64,000 nt of DNA, from positions 1,733,129 to 1,797,128 of the forward strand of contig BCIN01000001.1 in the NCBI GenBank assembly GCA_039545335.1. The letters run 5' to 3'. Below, in pieces: positions 52,023 through 64,000 of this stretch (positions within the stretch are counted from its first letter, which is position 1; each line of letters opens with the position of its first letter). The DNA comes from Kondoa subrosea (taxonomy: Eukaryota). The notes beneath the pieces were generated by a model. That model ran no database searches. It had not been told where the DNA came from and saw only the letters and a program-made list of their open reading frames with translations. The translations under genes and the position numbers were made by a program.

Positions 52023-54516
52023 ATGATATCAATCTGCAAAGGTACCCAAAAGGCGTTCAAGAGTCTGTATAGATTACAAGTATCGCAAGCATTGCGAGCT
52101 GCTTCAACATTTGGCCAAACTCCAACAAATCAAGAAAGTTATGCAGTTTGGGAAAAACAGCACAAGAGAGCTATTTCCGCTGTCAGTGGTTGCAGCGGAG
52201 TAATACACATCAGTAGAGCTCATTGATAGAATAGGAAGAGACTCGAGATCTGCCGCCTTTGACGGAAAATGACTTGGAGCAATTCTATCAAGCTGTTATG
52301 GCTTCTTCACCACCGAGCAATGGACTACGCAATAAGAGTCTACCTGAGCCTCCTTTGAGTATCGAAGAACAGCTAGAAGCTCTATCGCAGCGCTTGCTAG
52401 AACCCCCAGCTGAAGAAGTAGTAGAACCCGATTTGCTAGTAGAAGGCGTAACAACAGACAGCGTATCCCTTCAAGATCACCAGGAAATTGTTGAGCATGT
52501 CGAGGCAGAAGAAGAAGAACAACAGCTGGAAGCACCACTATATGCCGAAACGCTAGCGAGACTGCAAACAAGCGTTGAAGCAGCTGAAGCGGTTGCCCCT
52601 TTGTCCAGCTTAAAGATTCCTCTTTCTATAGCTACTGTATCTGAATGGGCTTCACTCGCTTCTGCAGCTGTCAGTCATCTTAGGGATTTGCGTATGATGT
52701 CCTTATAAAGTTACCCATGACAGATCTCCATCAACAGGAAGGAAGATCTCTTCCACATCCTGGACCTCATGAGCCGTGCTGGAACACCTCTTCGTGCTTC
52801 TGAGTTGAACACGCTTCTTCGTTCCTGCAGAAGTGCTGCTAGCCCTTCTTTGGCTATTGAGTTACTCAATTATGCGGAAGACAGTAAGCGCGGACCATCT
52901 CTTTTTACGGTCAAGCTCATGAAAAGTCAGATAACATCAGCACCACAAGCGAATTGCATCATCAAGTCATTCTCTCCTACTTAGCAGCGAAAGAATTAGT
53001 TGGCGCACAGCGGCATTTGCGAATGATGGAAGATGCTTCTTTCACACCAACAATGGCATCCTACAATTCAGTCATTGCTTCCCTTTTCCGATCTTCTTCC
53101 CTAACTCCATCAAACCGCAGTACAGCATGGAATCTTTTCGCTCATATGAGACTCGTATCTCATCCTGTACCAGATTTACAACTCTTCAATACAATGTTGT
53201 ATGCTTGTGCTTCTGGACCTGATCCATCACCTGAAAGAGCTCAAGATCTAATGCAAGAACTAGCTACTATTCAAGATCATCATCGTGATAATGCTTGGAG
53301 TCCAGATGTGGATACTTATACTGCTTTAATCCGATCTTGTACACGTACAAGAAGAAAAGGAGAAGAAAACTATTATGTTCAAGGAATAGAATACCTGAAG
53401 GAAATGTTGAATCAAGGTTTACAACCTAATAGAGAAACTTTACATTCTATCATGGAAGGAGCTAAAAGAGTTGGTGATCTGGCTAGAAGTAGATGGATTT
53501 TCTTGAGATTGGGCAGCGGAGAAGAAGTTGGTGGTGGATTGAATGATGTGACTGTTGCTTTATTGTTTCAAGCTTATGCTACGTACAAGACACCCGTTGG
53601 TAGAGGAAGAGGCAAGAAATTGGTAGAAGTTCAGGAAGAGCAAAAGGAAGAGAAATCGGCTTTTGCTCAAAAAGAACAGATTGCTGAAAGGGATGAAGAG
53701 GATCTTACTTTTCCTGGACCTTTACCACAAACTTCTGCTCAAGTGGTCATTCAAGTCAATGATCTGTTTGAAAGAATCGCTCGCGTCAATGGTGTAAGAA
53801 AAGAAAATGCTTCAGCAGAAGACATGCAACTGTTCTCGGACGTCGAACTCAGTCCTTATTTGCTCAATTCTTATCTTCTTGCACTTGGAGCACATTCGGG
53901 CTTCTCTTCGAATGTACCGGTCTATCGGAATCTCTTCGCTGATGTCAATGTCGAACGTACTTTCGATACTTACAAGATTATTCTGGAGGCATGCGAAAAG
54001 CCAACGAACAAGGGAGCTGGCTTGAAAGCTGCTCGCCAGTTCTTTCAAGAGTGGAAAACTTGGTCTGCCGACCGCAATAGCGAATTAAGTAGCGAATTAA
54101 GTCAAGCACAAGCAGTTTGGACGTCCTATATCCGAACACTTGCAAGAAATAAGCTTGCAACCGAAGCATTGCAAGAAATTTCTTCCTTCTACGAAACTTA
54201 TCCACCTTCATCGCTTTTCGAATCAGCACAAGAAGTTATTGACAAGCGGGCCAAATTACCGCCTGCTCGCATTCAGCTAGCCAATGAGAGCTATCCCGAA
54301 ACTACTTCATCTTCTTCTAAAGTTCCAAGCTTAGTCTTTCAAGACGTCGCAAGTCTTCACAAGCTTCTGAAAGATACTGAAAACCAACGGGGATTGAAAA
54401 AACTCGGCGAGATATTGCAGCAGTACACAGCAGCGACAAAGGAAGCAGAGATGCTGCTCAGACAAGAAAATATGGTCTCTTCCAAGGGTACACAACTAGT
54501 TACAGAACATGATTAG
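52023..54516 (+). CDS. Mitochondrial PPR protein (Ccm1-like)
   Basis: Presequence-like start; PTMASYNSVI, AWNLFAHMRLVSHPVPDLQLFNTMLYACA, PDVDTYTALIRSC, PNRETLHSIMEG. Confidence 0.82.
54078..54101 (+). repeat. 12-bp in-frame tandem duplication (TAGCGAATTAAG x2, encoding SELS-SELS) within the PPR CDS
   Basis: Read directly from the sequence. Confidence 0.85.
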
Positions 54517-54705
54517 CGTTAGTTCTTGCTTATTCGGTGTCTGCTCTCGATCTTAACGGCTCGATCTTTGATATAGTAGCATAGCTGGCAAGCTGTTAAA
54601 GACACCGCTCCTACATCATTGACGACGAGAACAGCCCTCTTCTGCTCTTTGTTTGACCTCGCTTCATCTGGCTGCTATATCTCTTCCTGTTTCTCTTCCG
54701 CCATC

Positions 54706-55631
54706 ATGGCTCTTCTGCGTCGTCTGACTCAAGCTCTCAGTCCTATCTCTCACATCTCGCTAGTCTTCTCTTTGGGATTTGCTCATGCCTATCAAAAGCA
54801 AACTCTAAACGGATCCATAATTGACTTCCTCAACCCAGCTCTCTGGTGGTCGTATATGCTCTCTGTCTCTTTTCCGATCATCTTGGATCAGGTCGATAAC
54901 GCTTGGGCTAAAGAAAAGGCAGACTTGATCAGCCAAGCTTCAGTAGGCATCTTGCTGATTTGGCTCTCATTCTTTCTGACATTTGTGGTTAGGGCAAAGT
55001 GCTAGAGATTGGTGCGGGCTCAGGATGCACAGTCAAGTATTACAATAAAGCAAACGTCGAGAAGATTTACGGCTTAGAAGCAACGAAAGCGATGCATCCT
55101 TTTCTTCGTCAAGCGGTGCAGAATAACAATCTACAAGATGTGTATGAGATTTCGGACATTCGACTTTGGGATGAAACGGCTATGAATACAGCTGGTATAA
55201 AGGATCTCGATACAGTGAGTATTGCAACCTTTGATTGGGTGTCATGCCAACACTGTGAGGACAGATTGTTTGCGTTCAAATGCTCTGTTCCGCATCGCGA
55301 CCTCAGCAGCTCATTGCTCAACTGCAAGCTCTCCTCAAACCAGGCGGCAAGCTGCTGCTCTTCGAACACGTCAGAAGCGATGATCCTTGTACAAGCAGAA
55401 TATCAACATTCTGGAATGCCATCTATCCGAAACTTTTCTATAACTGCAACATCAATCGATCGAGTCATATATGGGTCGCTGAACTAGAAGGTTGGTCGTC
55501 AGTAAGGATTGAGCGACCTGCTTGGGAAGACGCGGTAAGCTTGATTCCTGCTTGATGTCGAAATCTGACTAAGGAGTCGAGATCAGAGCACTTTACAACC
55601 TCATGCGATCGGAATGTATGTAAAGGAGTGA
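54706..55631 (+). CDS. Class I SAM-dependent methyltransferase (METTL7-like)
   Basis: Hydrophobic N-terminus; GKVLEIGAGSG, LDT|IVCVQMLCS, LLKPGGKLLLFEHV, CNINR. Confidence 0.88.
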
Positions 55632-55661
55632 TATCATGATTACAGGCAAGACCATATTGCA

Positions 55662-56917
55662 ATGATGCGTCACTTGTCTTCAACCATGTTAGATCAGCTC
55701 GATAGCAGTGCCGATCAGTTGATTTCCTCTGTTGACACGTCTAGCGCCAACATCGAGCACTCTGAGACACCCTCTTCGGAAATGCAGAAATCCATCAAAA
55801 CAGTCGTCCAAGTAGCAAAGAGATCTATCGCTTCCATAGCTGAAGCCTCAGCAGAAACAGCAGCTATCAAGCGTCCTCGTCTAGATCCTGTCGCCTCTGC
55901 ATCCTCAAATCCAGTTGCTGCGCTTCCATTTTCTCTCGATGCCTTCAAAGCGAGTTTGTCTACGGATGGGAGTCCTTCCGAACGCGATCTACTGGAATTA
56001 GAGCTGGGAATAGGCGAATCATGGCTAAAACTATTGCACAATGAAGTGAGGAAGGAGTACTTTCTCAAGCTTAAGCGAATGCTCTGGAGTGAAGGTCTTC
56101 GGGGTGCAGAAGTCAAGCAGAACAGAATATTTCCTGCTGCGAAGGATATCTATTCGTGGAGTCGATTCACACCACTAGACAAAGTCAAGATTGTTATCCT
56201 AGGTCAGGATCCGTACCACAATGATGGACAAGCTCATGGTCAGCTCGCATTCCGTCAAATCTATGTTCAGCTTACTCATTTGTTTGATTTGTTGGCAGGT
56301 CTCTCTTTCTCTGTTCAGCCAGGGATTAAGATTCCACCTTCGCTGCGCAATATGTATACTGAAATCAAGGCGAACTATCCCGATTTTGACATACCGAAAC
56401 ACGGGTCAGTCCATGCTATGCTGCTGATTCTCTAGGGCTCTACAACTGATACACTGTACAGCTACCTGGGATCATGGGCTGAACAAGGCGTACTTTGTCT
56501 GAATACCTGTCTTACCGTCGAAGCACATAAAGCAAACAGTCACTCCGGTAAAGGATGGGAAACGTTTACCGATTCAGTCATCAAGCTTGTAGATCAATAT
56601 GGTGGAAGTGGTCTAAGTGAAGCGGAAGGTGGTGTCGTGTTTCTCGCTTGGGGCAAACCTGCAGAGAAACGAGTCGCAAAAGTGAACAGGAAGAAACATT
56701 TGGTTTTGACTAGTGCAGTAAGTTCTGCATCGCTCTTGTGTAGAACCTTATCGCTTGACATCATTGCGTGCAGCATCCCTCTCCTTTGAGTGCTCGAAGA
56801 GGTTTTATTGGCAATGGGCATTTCAAGAAGGCAAACGAATGGTTGAAAGAGAGACACGGCGAAGAAGCAGTGGTAGATTGGACGAAACTAGAAGTACCCG
56901 CAAAAGCTACAGTATAA
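55662..56917 (+). CDS. UNG1: Uracil-DNA glycosylase (family 1)
   Basis: [44 protein letters not shown]; alternative start at 55686; KRPRL NLS-like motif. Confidence 0.96.
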
Positions 56918-57142
56918 CGGTGTTGCACTTGAAAGACGGGAGCAATCAGCCTCAGCGCGATTCCAGTGCATCCTCTTTCTCACTCACTCTGACTATCCCT
57001 TGGTGACAACTAGGTGACATGCTCTTTTGCTCAGACCCATCTATACCGGGAAGTTGTAATCAGGTAACGGAGACGCCCGAATGACCACCGAAAATGCGGA
57101 GCCGCTTCGCTCAACCACTCACGCCCTCCCAATCTCACGACC

Positions 57143-57825
57143 ATGGCCTCCAATCAGACTTTAGAGCAACAAGTAGCTGAATTGCAGAAGACTGTGACCA
57201 GATTAAGCGACCGCGAAGCAATTTACGACTTGCTCAAGCAATACACCTACGTACATGACCGAGCTTGCGACCGAGATGCATCTTTCGCTAAAGAAGAACA
57301 ACTAAACTGGCAAAACTTATTTGCTGAAGATGGTGAAGCTAGCTATCCTTTTGGTTCACATAAAGGTCGAGAAGGGAAAGCTGATTGGGCATTCGGGTAT
57401 GTAATGCAGCAAAGTAGCTTTCGAGGCATAACTGATTGTGTTACACAGATCCGTTCAGTACTTTGCTACCTGGTAAGCTGAACTTTACTTCGAATTTACT
57501 CAGCAATTGAAGGTGAAGTTCAGCCAATGCATCAATACCAACATGCATATCATCTCTATGAGCGAAACAGAAGCCAAAGTCCAATCAAACATCGCTGCGT
57601 GGTGGACGAAGGAAAGCGATAAACCGTCAGTACACTTTGCAGAAGGTGGGTACTACAGATGGGAGCTGAGGAAGGTAGCAAACGAAGGGTGGAGAGTAGC
57701 AAAGGTTGAGCTGCGAGTCTCGCTCTATCAGCATAAGCCGGCCGAATTCTGATGTATCAAGCAGGTTCATACTTTGGACGGCAGGCGACGATCCTTCCGG
57801 AGTAGGCCCACAGGAGAAGAAATGA
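57143..57825 (+). CDS. SnoaL/NTF2-like domain protein
   Basis: RLSDREAIYDLLKQY...D, LFAEDG, HINTN..I, GGYYRWELRK...GWRV; last intron GC-AG (57713-57764). Confidence 0.82.
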
Positions 57826-58273
57826 AGAGTCATGACATATCTAAGCGCGGTGTGAAGAAAGGGAATAAGATGAAATGAGGCAGGGAAAGATACAATATAG
57901 CATCACTTCCATCAGGCTTTGGAAATCAGATATTGTGCGAGCGATCGAAGAGGCTGTGATCTGCACAGTAGTGAAAAGTTGTGACAAACCCCCTGCGCAG
58001 CACAAGCACGAGAAAAGGGACTGAGACACGGCTATTATAAATATGATGTGACACTGAAAATTCAGAAATTCCTAAAGAAGAAGGGTGGTGACGGGAAGGT
58101 TCCTTCTGAAGCTCTTCTTCTCGAGCGACCATTCTAGCTTTGTAGCGACTCGTCAACAGCTTCGGTGGTCCTGTTGTACCCATCTGGATTTGCCCACCCG
58201 CTCTTTGTTTTTTTTTTGGTCCCTTTGACGCGCTTTTCATCGAACCCCTTTCTGTATTCAACGATACTATAAA

Positions 58274-60184
58274 ATGCCTTCAAGAGGCCGTCTATTTGGC
58301 CTAGTAGGCTTATCAGCTGTTAGCATTGTAGGCTGCAACTCTGCGCAGCTGTTCGAAAAGTGTTTCAGACTCGTTATACAGGTACTGGCACTTGGGCTTG
58401 GGTTGGGTCTAGGATTAGGCTTGAAGAAAGATGACAACAGCCATTCCTCATCATCAGCCAAAGACGCGCAAAGTACAAACGGTGCTGCCAAAACTGGTAA
58501 AACGACCGACACTGCAACGAGTGTAACACCTCTGCCTAAATGGGATTGGAGCTCTCAAAAGATGCTGGGCATGGCACTTGGAAAGTAGGTGACCCTGCTG
58601 TATCGGTGACGGCAAGCAATCACTAATATTTTCCGTCAAAGTTGGCTCGTCTTGGAACGATGGATGGACGAAGATTGGTTCACCGGTCTAGCTGGCCCAA
58701 ATGCATGGGATGAATGGACATTCACTCAAGCACTTGGTTCAAACGCGTCTGCGGCTCTGACTGAACATTGGACAACTTACATTACTGAAGATGATGTGAA
58801 CTCAATCGCTGCGGCCGGTTTCAATCACATTCGAGTCCGTAAAAATCCGTCCGCGCCAGTCGGAATATGGCTGATATTTCTATCAGGTACCCATTGGTTT
58901 CTGGGCTCTAATTCCGTATGTCGAAAACCTCTTGAGTGATATCTTCGCTTATGTTTGTGCTTCCTAATTGCCCGTAGAACCGAAGGAGATGAGCCATACG
59001 TGACTACTGGTCAGCTAGCACAGTTAGACAGGATTGCTGGGTATGCGTACAACAACAAGATGTACGTGCTGTTGGATTTGCACGGGATGCCAGGTAAGTT
59101 TTGCCCTGCAAAGAATGACCGATGCACTACTGAAGAGCTTTGGCATTACAGGCAACCAGAACGGCGAACAGCAATCTGGGCAAAACACTACAAACATCCA
59201 GTTCTTCACTCCGGATCAACAAGTTCGAAGTGATGCAACAGTTCAAGCAGCTATTGATTACATTGGAAACTCAACCTACTCGAGCGTATTCTCAGGAATA
59301 GGATTAGTGAATGAGCCTAGGTATGTCCGACACTCCGGTTCGGTATCAACTTGGTACTCATGTTCTGTGATGTTCAGACCATATACCGCGGATCAGCTCA
59401 ACACTTTGGAAGGCTTCTATGAAAGATCCTACTCCACAATGAGCGCTGTGGGCCATGCCAGTATCATTCATCATGCGTTCCAAGGTCCAGATTGTAAGGC
59501 GAGGCGCCTCCCATGTACTTTTAATTGCTTAGGAGATGTTTTGCAATACAGACTGGCGGCCATTCCTTGGCGGCAAAGACCCGAAGCTGGTTATCATGGA
59601 AGATCACCCGTATCCGGGCAACTTTCCTCTTCAATACAACGCAGACGATATTATTTCTCAGGTCTGCAGCAAAGCTTCAAGCTATGCTGACTTCCCTGTC
59701 CCGGTTGCTGTCACTGAATGGTCCCTCACTACCGGTATCACTGACCCAACCTTCGAGAAAAGATTCTTCCGCGCGCAATCTTCCGCCTTTGGTTGGTCTG
59801 GTGGATCTACTTTCTGGAGTTACAAGACTACCCCGTCGGACAACCCGGTTCTCGCAATGCCTGCCACTATTGGACAGTACTCTTATGTCGATCTAATGAA
59901 AGCAGGATCTCTGGAAGCGGTTCGTATTATCTTCGGCTTCACTGACAATTATTGATTGAAATCCGCATAGCCTTCTACTTGGTCCTCAAGCACGGACACT
60001 CCTCCTTGTGGAACAGCTCCATCAGTCACTTGGGCTTCTCGTGAGTCGTCTGCGATATAACGTGAATAGCCGCTGATATTTCCTCTCAGCTGTTCCGAGT
60101 GCGACTTCTACTCCTGCTCCTTCATTCCAGCACACCAAAAGAAGAGTTCCCCACAAAGCTAGACTAGCGAAGATCATTCAGTAG
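58274..60184 (+). CDS. Glycoside hydrolase family 5 (exo-1,3-beta-glucanase-like) with N-terminal membrane anchor
   Basis: GSWLVLERWM, DEWT, NHIR|VPIGFW, LDLHGMPG.QN, LVNEP (acid/base), DHPY, VTEWS (nucleophile), FWSYK. Confidence 0.92.
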
Positions 60185-60400
60185 AAGGCCATAGAGTATT
60201 TCATAACGGGAAACGGACTATTCAAGTTAAATTCGTCTGATTTTAGGGCAGGCACCAAAGTCAATACTTTTCGATTGTAGTATTAATTTATTCAAGATAA
60301 AGCTTGTAATTATTATACAAAGAAAACCAATTTGACATTCACGAGGGGCAACATGAGACGCATTAGAACAGATTACAATCTTCACAATCAGGCTTTACAA

Positions 60401-62580
60401 TCAAGGTCCAACGCTTTGCCATAGAATAGTCTTGACTAGCCCGCTAAGAGCTTCTCTTTCGTGTCTCCAGGTCTGCAACGCGATCAGCATCAAACGGAGT
60501 ACTTCCATGAAACAGGCTTACATCCATCATCAAAGAGACGCCGCTATCGAGCGAGACAAGTCAGTATATTGCTATTGAGCTAGATGTGTCTACTCACAGC
60601 ATGTTCAACCAGAGTTCTCCACCAAAAGGTATTGGTCCAACAAGACCTCCTGCTTTCAAGTAAGCCCAACCACTTTCCATAGCCTATAGACCAGCAGCTC
60701 GTGAGCTCATTATTTCGAAAAGAGGAGGGAAGGTTGCAAACCTTTGGTGTAACATAAAGCGCCAACTCTTCTCTTCTTCTCTTGTCCTCAACAAACAGAC
60801 TCAAACAGGTAGTAAAGCCTAAGTTACTTCCTGTCAGCTCTCATATGCTAAAAAAAAAAGGCTCAAAATTTACCAAAGACCCAAGACCACCATCGATGAG
60901 CTGAAATCTTAGCTAATCTCTTGAACCCTAACTGTTCCAACCAGTTGAAAGAATGTCTTTGAAAACAAATGAGACTTTGGAAAATGGCAACAAAGAATCC
61001 GAGGAAAGCTGAAGATTTCAAAGTGCCTAAAATAGCTCGGAAAGCAAATCGTTGTGGACTATTCAAAACCAGATAAGCCTTGCGACGCGATAGAAGAGAA
61101 AAAAGGGGAACAAACTCTCGTAATGTCATTTTGCGTCGTAAAACCAGAGGTGGAATAGTGTGTAATGCTAGATAGACGGGCATGATCCATCTGACTACAG
61201 AAGACCAAGTATTAATTTCGTGGATGATACAGCTGTTCGTGCCGGGGTGATGCAGGGCACTGTCAGTCAGAACCAGGCGCCTAAGCTACACGAAGGAAGC
61301 AAACGACCAGGTATACTGACCAAGGACAGAATCTCGGTCCATCGTTCCCGATCATGGCTTTCTGGATAGCCTGTTCACCTATTGACCGATTGTAAGGTGT
61401 GACTGTCATTCGATCTAGGATGGCTTGAGCATGATCATCTGGGAAAGGTTTGTTCCATTGTCTTGCGCGTTGAATCGGTACGAGGTGAGAATGTTGCCGC
61501 GAAGCTTTCTGATAACAATTATTCAGTAAGTGATTATTCCGTTTTCGAAAGAAAACCTACCGTAATCCAAGAATTGTAGCCTCGATCAAGCATATTCGGC
61601 GCAAGCTGCAACCTATCTTAGCTGATTTGCCCAAACAAGCAAAAGACGACTTACAATCCAGCTATACATGATTGTCCCACATGATAAACCAAAGAGCAAA
61701 ACATCACCATGTGGTATCTTGAGTCCTCTTCGATGACCTCGATGGACCACACCTTGAACAGAACGAATAAAGACTTGTTGAGCTACCGCAGTTCTCGATT
61801 CGGGTCTTTCAGCTAGAATTGCTAAACCAGCAACCGCTCCAGCTAAAGGAGCATGCCATCGTTCTTCTTTGCCTTTCCCTCTCGGTCCAGGGTTGTATAA
61901 TCTCAAACCGTGGAAACTGCCATTTCACGTGCATTAGTAATTAATAACAGGCTTTGAGTGTAATACAGAAACTCACGTCCAGCGATCTGTAGAGCAAGAC
62001 TATTAGTAACATACAATACAATTGTGAGTGAGAGAAAAACGTACACAAAGCGGTGAACAAACCAAACATTGCACCGAAGCGAACAGAAGTTTCACCCATC
62101 AAAGTATGTAAGATGATACTTCTTAATCGTTTCAGGAATCCATTCGGTTTGCGTAAAGAAGAAAAGATAGCAAAGATGAGATTGAAGCCTGCTCTGAAAG
62201 TATAGGCCAATAGGAATGATCTTAATCCACCTCTGACAGTCCCTGAACCGTTCATCTACGCGTAAGAAAGGATCATGTAGTAAAGAGAGAGCAAGCGCAC
62301 AAGCGATCAGAGCATCCAAATCCCTAGGTCTTCGTTCTGCATAGTCCTTACCTCTCCACAATCGTTCCGTTACAGCTTTCGCATCCAAAGCAGACAAGCC
62401 TTTCACGCTTAAAGTCCGACGTAATGCATTTGCTGTCTCTTCTATACTAGGTGTAGCAGGAAAGACAGGCGAAGTTGTGCCATGTGTTGAACCTTCATCA
62501 CCTGGAGTTACAGCTTGCCAAACTTCATTAGGAACTTGAAGAGGAAATTGAGGTGCTTCTCCTTCTGGATCTGCTGCCAT
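60401..62580 (-). CDS. TMEM135-like multi-pass membrane protein
   Basis: GGLRSFLLAY, RFGAMFG, LAGAVAGLAI, GDVLLFGLSCGTIMY, KSSAFLG, EDKRRREELALYVTPK. Confidence 0.8.
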
Positions 62581-62789
62581 CGTTTCGCTCGTTCTGTGAC
62601 CTCAGACTGTGCACACAATATAAAGCTGGGTATATGTACTCGGTCGCTCTTAAACAACCTTGTGCCCTAATTTCGTTGGAAGTAGTGTGATGATGGAAGA
62701 TAGTGCATCAGCAAGCGAGCAGAGCTTCGTGCAGCAAACGTGAGATGAATGCGGATGGCTCAAACTCAAGTGGAAGGCTGAATGAATGA

Positions 62790-63745
62790 ATGGATGACAG
62801 ACGCTCGCAATATTATCTTTCGCGAAGTGAAATCCTCAAGGGTGTCGCTAGTCAGTCCAAAATAGTCAATCTCGGGTTATCTATCACCACAGCTTATGAG
62901 ATTTGTCCCGCTAGATCGCTTTGTTTTCTCTCAATTCTATATCTTCTTCTACTTGAGCATGTAAGTTCTTCATTAGCTGGGTATTCTCTGTGCTGATAAG
63001 TCGCTGTAAGGGCTATGCTTTCTTTGGCGTCTGTTGTGCTTAGCATAACGAGCGAATGTCCAACACTTCCATTCTACGTACTGGAGATCATGTAAGCGTC
63101 CAGTCTTCCTTTGCTGCTGTACTAGCTAACTATAATCATCAATACAGAGTCAATACTGCTATGATTTGTGAAGTCTCAATACGGCTTGTAGCTTTTGGCA
63201 AGGTTTGTCCTTTGGTTTTTATGCTTGCTTGACGTTCTCTGACTTTTGAGGTAACACAGCAATTCTGGAAATCGTATTGCACGTTCTCCCTTCCCTTCTT
63301 TGTTTCGTTCTCTAGCTAAGATATAAAGCCAGACAATATCCTTGATCTGGGGATAACAGGGCTTTGCGTAATAACTGTCCTTTTCATCTTTTTCTCTGGT
63401 TGTTCGGCAAAAGGAGAAGAAGTCTTTGATGATATATTACTCATTGGAAGGAATATCATTCAGTTTTCAAGATTAGCTATCGTTATGAGAAGGTCAGTTT
63501 GGTTTTCGCTTATGCTCGACGAGCTGACCCGCTTGCCGTTGCTGACAGGTCTGGGAAGTCTATATTCGGAAGAGGAGTACCTCAGATAGATCTGGATGAT
63601 GTGGATGATACGACGTTGTTCGCACTGGACCTCGATCTAGATGTGAGCAAGTCAAAGTTCAATTGATTTTTGCTGAATGTCGGATCAGGACGAAGAGCAA
63701 GAGCTAGCATCAAGGAGGTATCAAGGAGGAGAACCGAGAGCATAA
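62790..63745 (+). CDS. Stand-alone voltage-sensor-like (S1-S4) membrane protein
   Basis: Spliced ...FYLSMAMLSLASVVLS...FYVLEIIVNTAMICEVSIRLVAFGKQFWKSYYNILDLGITGLC...LLIGRNIIQFSRLAIVMRRSG, then an acidic tail; no pore domain. Confidence 0.78.
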
Positions 63746-63808
63746 AATGCTAGCAAGTCGAAGGGTCAATTTCAAAGGGGGAAAGAACGACCAGCGTTTT
63801 TTTGCATT

Positions 63809-64000
63809 TTACATTTCACCGCATTCTAGAGTAAGTGCATTTCATCAGCTGTAATCCTCCAAGCTGATCAAAAAGATTTCAAGACATACCAGTAACTTTC
63901 ACAGCTAATTTCGGTCTACTACCAGCACCAACACTTGCGTTCTCGATTTTCCGCAAGACAAGCATACTTTCAGCTCCTTCTACGATTTTACCAAACACTA
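63809..64000 (-). CDS. 3' end of a cyclophilin H-like peptidyl-prolyl isomerase
   Basis: VFGKIVEG..SMLVLRKIENASVGAGSRPKLAVKVT|ECGEM*. Confidence 0.85.

Noticed and set aside
50580..57825. Possible xenobiotic or secondary-metabolite cluster (NAT, methyltransferase, SnoaL)
   Set aside because: These genes are interspersed with housekeeping genes (PPR, UNG1), and there is no backbone synthase, transporter or cluster regulator.
57926..58261. 111-aa minus-strand ORF between SnoaL and GH5
   Set aside because: No recognisable domain, and it runs through a poly-T promoter tract; probably non-coding.

Overview
Eukaryotic nuclear DNA from a fungus with a very compact, intron-rich genome. Gene content and sequence style suggest a basidiomycete; this is an inference. 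Introns are mostly about 50-70 nt GT-AG, with a few GC-AG introns and 7-18 nt micro-exons, so the ORF track shows only fragments. I reconstructed about 38 protein-coding genes by hand-splicing. In order they are: an XLF-like C-terminus, ASK1, MsrA, a cytochrome P450, COQ1, a PPR protein, carboxypeptidase Y, two tandem CipC genes, ALDH7, a SET protein, a YML020W-like hydrolase, GST, DUF1996-WSC, a Ubc4-like E2, prefoldin 1, centrin, an orphan 95-aa gene, a Seb1/Msn2-like C2H2 factor, WRAP53/TCAB1, a TLC protein, IPP1, DUS2, GT90, a hypothetical gene, an F-box protein, an aspartic protease, CUS2/Tat-SF1, a Git3-like GPCR, NAT, a second PPR, a METTL7-like methyltransferase, UNG, SnoaL, GH5, TMEM135-like, a voltage-sensor-only protein and the end of cyclophilin H. 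I found no rRNA, tRNA, CRISPR array, transposon or secondary-metabolite cluster. Four signals stand out. (1) The IPP1 gene appears able to encode differently targeted isoforms: its stop codon TAG doubles as an alternative 3' splice site that gives a -ARF PTS1-type tail, and an upstream ATG adds an RL-X5-HI/presequence-like leader. (2) A Ubc4-type E2 carries two SIM-like motifs in a C-terminal tail. (3) A 5-exon orphan gene absent from the ORF track sits behind a dense GATC cluster. (4) A 4-TM voltage-sensor-like protein has no pore and is not Hv1. All family calls come from motif recognition, not database searches, and all exon boundaries are manual predictions.
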